Origin: an uncultured Gammaproteobacteria bacterium
GTDB taxonomy: Bacteria; Patescibacteriota; Microgenomatia; 2-02-FULL-39-11
Reading direction: 5' to 3'
Assembly: GCA_964446235.1 (NCBI GenBank)
Contig: CAYUNW010000001.1
Coordinates: forward strand, 37,837-101,836
DNA: 64,000 nucleotides
The translations under genes and the position numbers were made by a program. Below the pieces are notes generated by a model, which was not told the origin of the DNA, searched no databases, and saw only the letters and a program-made list of their open reading frames with translations. How positions within the stretch are numbered: position 1 is the first letter of the stretch; each line of letters begins with the position of its first letter. Shown here piece after piece: positions 59,526 to 64,000 of this stretch.

Positions 59526-60531
59526 ATACCAATTGACCTTCTGTTAAACCTTCTGTGATTTCAATATAGTTATCAGTTTCCATACCAGTTTGTACAAACC
59601 TCTTTTCTTCTTTCCCGTTTTCCTTTAATATTACGTATTTTTTATCCCCTGATGATTTTACATATTTTATTGGCAGATATAACACGTCGTTTTTAATTTT
59701 TGTCACAAAAGACAAATCCCCAGCCATGCCAATTCGATATTTATAACCCGTATTTTCAGAATTAAATATAAATTTCACTTCGTAAACAGTACCTGTCTCA
59801 TCAATTTTAGGGGTAAAAGAAATATTCTTAATATTTCCTGATAACGTTTCATCAGGATAAGAATCCAAAGTTAAATTGCCAGCCATATTTTCTAAAAGAG
59901 ATGTAACTTCCGTTTGATCTGCAAGAGCAGAAAAGTAAATACTTTTGGGATTAATCACCTCGTATTCAGAATTTAAAGTTGTTACATTAACTCCAGGATG
60001 TTGATGAGTAGCTTTGGTAACTATACCTTCTATCGGAGTCCAAAGATTTGCATATTTAATCGCTAAATCTTTTATTTCTACATCTATTACGGAATTTTCC
60101 AGATCAAATTGGGCTTTTTCAATTATCCTTTTAAATTCATCTGACAATACTTTTCCTTCATAATTATCATTTGTCTGTTCAAAATCCCATCTTTCAGACA
60201 TATAAAGGTTTAAGTATTTTTTTAGATTTTTTTCAAGTTCACGTTTATCAAGTGATGCTATAGTTTGGTATTTGTCAACATAATCACCTTCTTTTACCCC
60301 AACCCAAGAAAGCATTCCGGAAGTCTGAAAACGCAAAATTACCGATTCTTCTGCCTGAATATTTCCTGATATTGTCAATTCCTCCTGCAATGTTCCTTTA
60401 TTTACTTGAGCCGCTTTAATTTCACTATTTTTTCCAGCCTTAAAAAATTTCTGATATCCAAAATATCCTATTAAAGCAAATACCATTAATATTAAAACGG
60501 TTTTATATTTTTTCTTTATAAATGCCAACAT
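59518..60531 (-). CDS. periplasmic adaptor (HlyD/MFP family) of the ABC exporter
   Basis: N-terminal TM, coiled-coil region, beta-barrel C-terminus. First gene of the exporter operon. Confidence 0.65.
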   Translation of the reverse strand: MLAFIKKKYKTVLILMVFALIGYFGYQKFFKAGKNSEIKAAQVNKGTLQEELTISGNIQAEESVILRFQTSGMLSWVGVKEGDYVDKYQTIASLDKRELEKNLKKYLNLYMSERWDFEQTNDNYEGKVLSDEFKRIIEKAQFDLENSVIDVEIKDLAIKYANLWTPIEGIVTKATHQHPGVNVTTLNSEYEVINPKSIYFSALADQTEVTSLLENMAGNLTLDSYPDETLSGNIKNISFTPKIDETGTVYEVKFIFNSENTGYKYRIGMAGDLSFVTKIKNDVLYLPIKYVKSSGDKKYVILKENGKEEKRFVQTGMETDNYIEITEGLTEGQLVFE

Positions 60532-60616
60532 AAGATTAATATATCCCTTAATCTATCACTTTTTGACCTTTTTTGGAATAAGCCTTTAAATTTTGAATTA
60601 TATTGATTTTAAATGA

Positions 60617-61561
60617 TCATCTAATAAAAATTGTCACGATAATCGGAATATATATTAAAGCTAGAAAAGTACTAATCAAAACTGCTAAAGCTGCCTTTTC
60701 CGGATGCGCTTTCAACAAAGATGCATAGACAACGGTATTGGCGGCTATAGGAACTACAGCTGTTAGTATCATGTAATTATAAATTTTTGGTTGATAGATA
60801 TTAAAGTAATTTTTGTCCAATAAAATTAATATGAAAATAACAACCGGCCAAAATAAAAATTTTATAATTAATGTTGAAAATAAAAACTTAATATCTAATC
60901 CAAATTTTTTAATCGTTGAGATTCCTACTCCGATAATTAACATACCTAATACTGTATAAGCGCCTTGGAAATATCTTATTGTATCTTGATATATATAACC
61001 TAATTTGATACCAAGAAGATTAAATATGAGCCCAAATCCGAATGCATAAATTAATGGTAATTTTATAAGCTTATTAATACTCTCTTTGACTGAATGACTA
61101 CCTCTAGCTGTCAGATAAAAACCAACTGTACTCTCATATAAAACAAAACCTAATACAATCATAGCCATAATACTAATCGCTTCTACACCAAATATCGCAG
61201 TTGCTACTGGAATTCCAAAATAACCTGTATTTCCGGAACCGGAGGCAAATGCCAATATATTTCTAGTAGAATCATGCCAGATATTTTTAGCTATTTTATA
61301 TATAAATATTGCAATAGATGAACATAAAATATAAAAAAACACCGGTAAGGAAAGATAGGAAAATTCCAATTGAGTAGTAAAAGCCCCGTGAAAAATAATT
61401 ATTGGAGCAATAATATAAATCAGCAATAATGCCAATGTATCTTTTTTAATTTTCAAAAATCTTCCGCTGATAATACCAAAAAAAATTATTACATATAACG
61501 GAATTATTTTAAAAAACAAATCTATAAAAACAGTCATCAATTTTATATTTTTGTCAACCAA
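60617..61561 (-). CDS. AEC-family (auxin efflux carrier/malate permease-like) transporter
   Basis: 314 aa, about 10 TM. N-terminal MTVFIDLFFKIIPLYVIIFFGIISGRF is typical of AEC. Confidence 0.65.
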   Translation of the reverse strand: MVDKNIKLMTVFIDLFFKIIPLYVIIFFGIISGRFLKIKKDTLALLLIYIIAPIIIFHGAFTTQLEFSYLSLPVFFYILCSSIAIFIYKIAKNIWHDSTRNILAFASGSGNTGYFGIPVATAIFGVEAISIMAMIVLGFVLYESTVGFYLTARGSHSVKESINKLIKLPLIYAFGFGLIFNLLGIKLGYIYQDTIRYFQGAYTVLGMLIIGVGISTIKKFGLDIKFLFSTLIIKFLFWPVVIFILILLDKNYFNIYQPKIYNYMILTAVVPIAANTVVYASLLKAHPEKAALAVLISTFLALIYIPIIVTIFIR

Positions 61562-62463
61562 TAGTTATACTTTTTCAATCCCCCTCTTGTAATAGAAAAA
61601 TATAATTTCTGAATTTTTGAGGTAACCGGTCCTATTTTTCCATGTCCTAAAATTCTACCGTCGATCTCACTAATCCAGGAAATTTGCACTCCTGTTCCTG
61701 ATAAAAAAGCTTCATCTGCAATATAACATTCTGATTTATCTATCGGTCTTTGTAATGTTTTAATTCCCAAATCATCGGCTAACTTCAAAATCGTATTTCT
61801 GGTTATACCCTCTAAAATATCCTCACTCATAGAACTGGTAATTAATTTATTGTTTCTTACTAGGAAAAAATTAGCCGCACTACCTTCTGCTATATGCCCG
61901 TTGGTATTTAACATCAAGGCGTCATCACAACCTATTCTCACTGCATCTGCTTTTGCTAAAGATGAATTAATATATCCTCCGGCGATTTTGGCTCTGGGGG
62001 GTATCATATTGTCTGATATTCTTATCCAATTGGAAACACAAACTTTGAGTCCTTTATTTACTGATAAATAATCACCCAATGGAAGCATATATAATCCGAA
62101 TTCAAATTCAAGTTTTGAAAGATCTGGTGAAATTTCCATATTTGACGCATATGCAAACGGTCTAATATAAAAATCCCTGTCCGGCTTGTTTTGTTTGATT
62201 AATTCTAAAGTAATTTCACATAACTTATCGGCTTCATACCGTATAGACTTATTTATTATTGCTAAGGATTTGGAAAGTCTAAGGTAGTGATCTTTTAAAC
62301 GAAAAATATATAACGTTTTTCCATTTTTTTCCTTATATCCTCTGATTCCCCCGAATATAGCATTTCCATATTGCAATGCGTTGGTAGCAATGCTTAATTT
62401 TGCATTTTCCATTGGTACTATTTTTCCTTCAAAAAAAGCGTATGGATAAAATATATCATTCAT
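61543..62463 (-). CDS. ilvE: class IV aminotransferase (branched-chain amino acid / D-amino acid aminotransferase)
   Basis: EGSAANFFLV motif and fold-type IV pattern. 306 aa. Confidence 0.7.
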   Translation of the reverse strand: MNDIFYPYAFFEGKIVPMENAKLSIATNALQYGNAIFGGIRGYKEKNGKTLYIFRLKDHYLRLSKSLAIINKSIRYEADKLCEITLELIKQNKPDRDFYIRPFAYASNMEISPDLSKLEFEFGLYMLPLGDYLSVNKGLKVCVSNWIRISDNMIPPRAKIAGGYINSSLAKADAVRIGCDDALMLNTNGHIAEGSAANFFLVRNNKLITSSMSEDILEGITRNTILKLADDLGIKTLQRPIDKSECYIADEAFLSGTGVQISWISEIDGRILGHGKIGPVTSKIQKLYFSITRGGLKKYNYWLTKI

Positions 62464-62487
62464 ATTTGTAAATTAATTTCTATAAAA

Positions 62488-62874
62488 TTAACTTTTAATT
62501 ACGGCTATACATTCTATTTCAACCAGTGCACCTTTAGGTAGAGCAGACACTTCAATAGTAGCTCTTGCCGGATAAGGTTTTTGGAAAAATTCCGCGTAGA
62601 CCTCATTCATCTTTACAAATTCGGACATATTCAATAAATAAACAGTGGTCTTTATTATATCTTCAATTCCGACTCCTGCCTCTTTTAAAACTTGTTGAAG
62701 ATTTTTCATAACTTGTTTTGTTTGCTCTTCAACAGTATTACCGACGAAATCTCCCGTTTTTGGATTAACCCCTATCTGTCCTGAACAAAAAACAAAACTA
62801 TCTGTAATAATCGCTTGTGAATATGGACCAACCACAGCTGGTGCGTTTTTTGAAAATACTTCTTTTTTGGACAT
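62488..62874 (-). CDS. ridA: RidA/YjgF-family reactive intermediate (enamine/imine) deaminase
   Basis: KNAPAVVGPYSQA ... PARATIEVSALPKGALVEIECIA. Start taken at MSKKEVF. Confidence 0.85.
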   Translation of the reverse strand: MSKKEVFSKNAPAVVGPYSQAIITDSFVFCSGQIGVNPKTGDFVGNTVEEQTKQVMKNLQQVLKEAGVGIEDIIKTTVYLLNMSEFVKMNEVYAEFFQKPYPARATIEVSALPKGALVEIECIAVIKS

Positions 62875-62878
62875 AAAT

Positions 62879-64000
62879 TTAACCTCCATTTTTTAACCTT
62901 TTATAAACTAATTCATTATATCCTTTTTCATATGCCTCAATAGAAGCAACAATAATATCAGGTGATGTTCCTTTCTCAAAAACCTGATTACCCTTATCAT
63001 CCCTTAAACTCATCATCACTTCCACAGTAGCATCCGAACCTGTGGTCGGAATTTCTACTTGGAAATCCGTCAGCTTGAAGTCAAAATCATTTACTTTTTT
63101 GATGACTTTGACTATTGCATTTATAGCCGCGTCAACCGGCCCGACGCCCGTGCTTTCATCTTGAAATATCTTACCTTCAAGTCTAATTTTTACAAAAGCA
63201 CTAGATTTTTCTTTTTTGAAAGTTTCTATATGATAATCCAAAACTTCCAAAGATTTCGGCCTTTTCTCATCCTGCAAAACAGTTTCAATGATAGATTGTA
63301 AATCAGCTTTGGCAATTTTTTTACCTTTTGCACTGATGAATTTATCTGCCACTTTCTTAACTGTTTTTAAGGTATCAATTGGAATTTCCAGTTTAAATTC
63401 CTTTTTGATGATTTTTTTCAAAATATCATCTGATGGGACTTTGGAAAAAATTATCCGTTCTTTCTCTCCTACGCTTCCGGCGCGCAAGGATAATACACCA
63501 CTCTTAATTATTCTTACCGCTTCGGAAAGAATCGGCTCAATGGTAGGAGGTTCGGCTAAAATCTTAAGAGTAGTTGAAGGGTCTTTCAATCCGGCTCCAG
63601 TAGCCACGCACACTATAGTATGATCGGCTTTAATAATTTTCTTACCAATCAATTTTCTTAAAGCAGCGATGCAAGTAGCTGATGAAGCTTCTACATATAA
63701 CGATTCAAGTTTTGCTAAATCCTGCTGTGCACTCAACGTTTCATCATCGTTTACGGCTATAGCCAAACCTTTTGATAGTTTAAGAGCAGAAAAAACTTTT
63801 GGTGCATCAATCGGATTTCCAACAGATATTGCACTGCATATAGTATCAGGTTTTGTAACAGGAACCAGTTTTTTGCCGCTATCATAAGCAGTGACTATCG
63901 GTGAGGCTCCATAAGACTGGACTGCAACCATCCGAGGAATTTTTTTTATTAATCCAAATTCAAAATATTCTTTAAAACCTTTATAAATATAAGATAAATT
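62879..64000 (-). CDS. threonine-synthase-like PLP enzyme (C-terminal half inside window; N-terminus beyond 64000) fused to a C-terminal LeuA_dimer-type allosteric domain. Partial.
   Basis: The reading frame stays open upstream of the first Met to the window edge. PRMVAVQSYGASPIVTAYDSGK...TICSAISVGNP...VEASSATCIAAL...VCVATGAGLKDP matches short-type ThrC (PKMHGFQAEGAAPIV...TIATAIRIGNP...VLTGNGLKDP). About 200 extra C-terminal residues contain GVGPVDAAINAI and SPDIIVASIEAYEKGYNEL, which resemble the LeuA/CimA regulatory dimer domain. Confidence 0.6.
   Translation of the reverse strand, partial: NLSYIYKGFKEYFEFGLIKKIPRMVAVQSYGASPIVTAYDSGKKLVPVTKPDTICSAISVGNPIDAPKVFSALKLSKGLAIAVNDDETLSAQQDLAKLESLYVEASSATCIAALRKLIGKKIIKADHTIVCVATGAGLKDPSTTLKILAEPPTIEPILSEAVRIIKSGVLSLRAGSVGEKERIIFSKVPSDDILKKIIKKEFKLEIPIDTLKTVKKVADKFISAKGKKIAKADLQSIIETVLQDEKRPKSLEVLDYHIETFKKEKSSAFVKIRLEGKIFQDESTGVGPVDAAINAIVKVIKKVNDFDFKLTDFQVEIPTTGSDATVEVMMSLRDDKGNQVFEKGTSPDIIVASIEAYEKGYNELVYKRLKNGG

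Overview
AT-rich, densely coding bacterial window of about 74 protein genes and one tRNA, mostly on the minus strand, with short gaps or 4-nt overlaps and strong GGAGG-type ribosome-binding sites. Small genes, the SUF system, DUF5679 and the general gene content suggest a reduced-genome, CPR/Patescibacteria-like or similar Gram-positive-type organism; this is inference. Most genes are housekeeping: thyA-folA; Lon; a 2-oxoacid:ferredoxin oxidoreductase pair with a ferredoxin; a complete Rrf2-regulated suf operon with an embedded Rieske protein; gltX, aspS, recJ, cca, secDF, era, rdgB and mscL; a MacB-type ABC exporter; photolyase. No CRISPR array, transposase or integrase was seen. The most interesting loci are: (1) an SOS mutagenesis island, with a lexA / small ORF / Y-family polymerase operon divergent from an SRAP (YedK-like, MCGRY) gene across a perfect 7+2+7 palindrome that is a candidate new LexA box, followed by a membrane-anchored Mrr-like PD-(D/E)xK protein and uncharacterised membrane and coiled-coil genes; (2) a eukaryote/archaea-type tRNA wobble-U modification cluster, with a Trm9-like methyltransferase divergent from Elp3 and a TruB-like pseudouridine synthase; (3) a threonine-synthase-like PLP enzyme with a C-terminal LeuA-dimer-type allosteric domain, running off the window end and followed by RidA and a class IV aminotransferase; (4) a wHTH-minimal-nucleotidyltransferase fusion paired with an AbrB/MazE-fold protein upstream of secDF; (5) two tandem double-domain GH130-like proteins; (6) an IDI-1-like Nudix protein that appears to lack the catalytic Cys. 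All functional calls come from motif recognition in the supplied translations; no searches were run.
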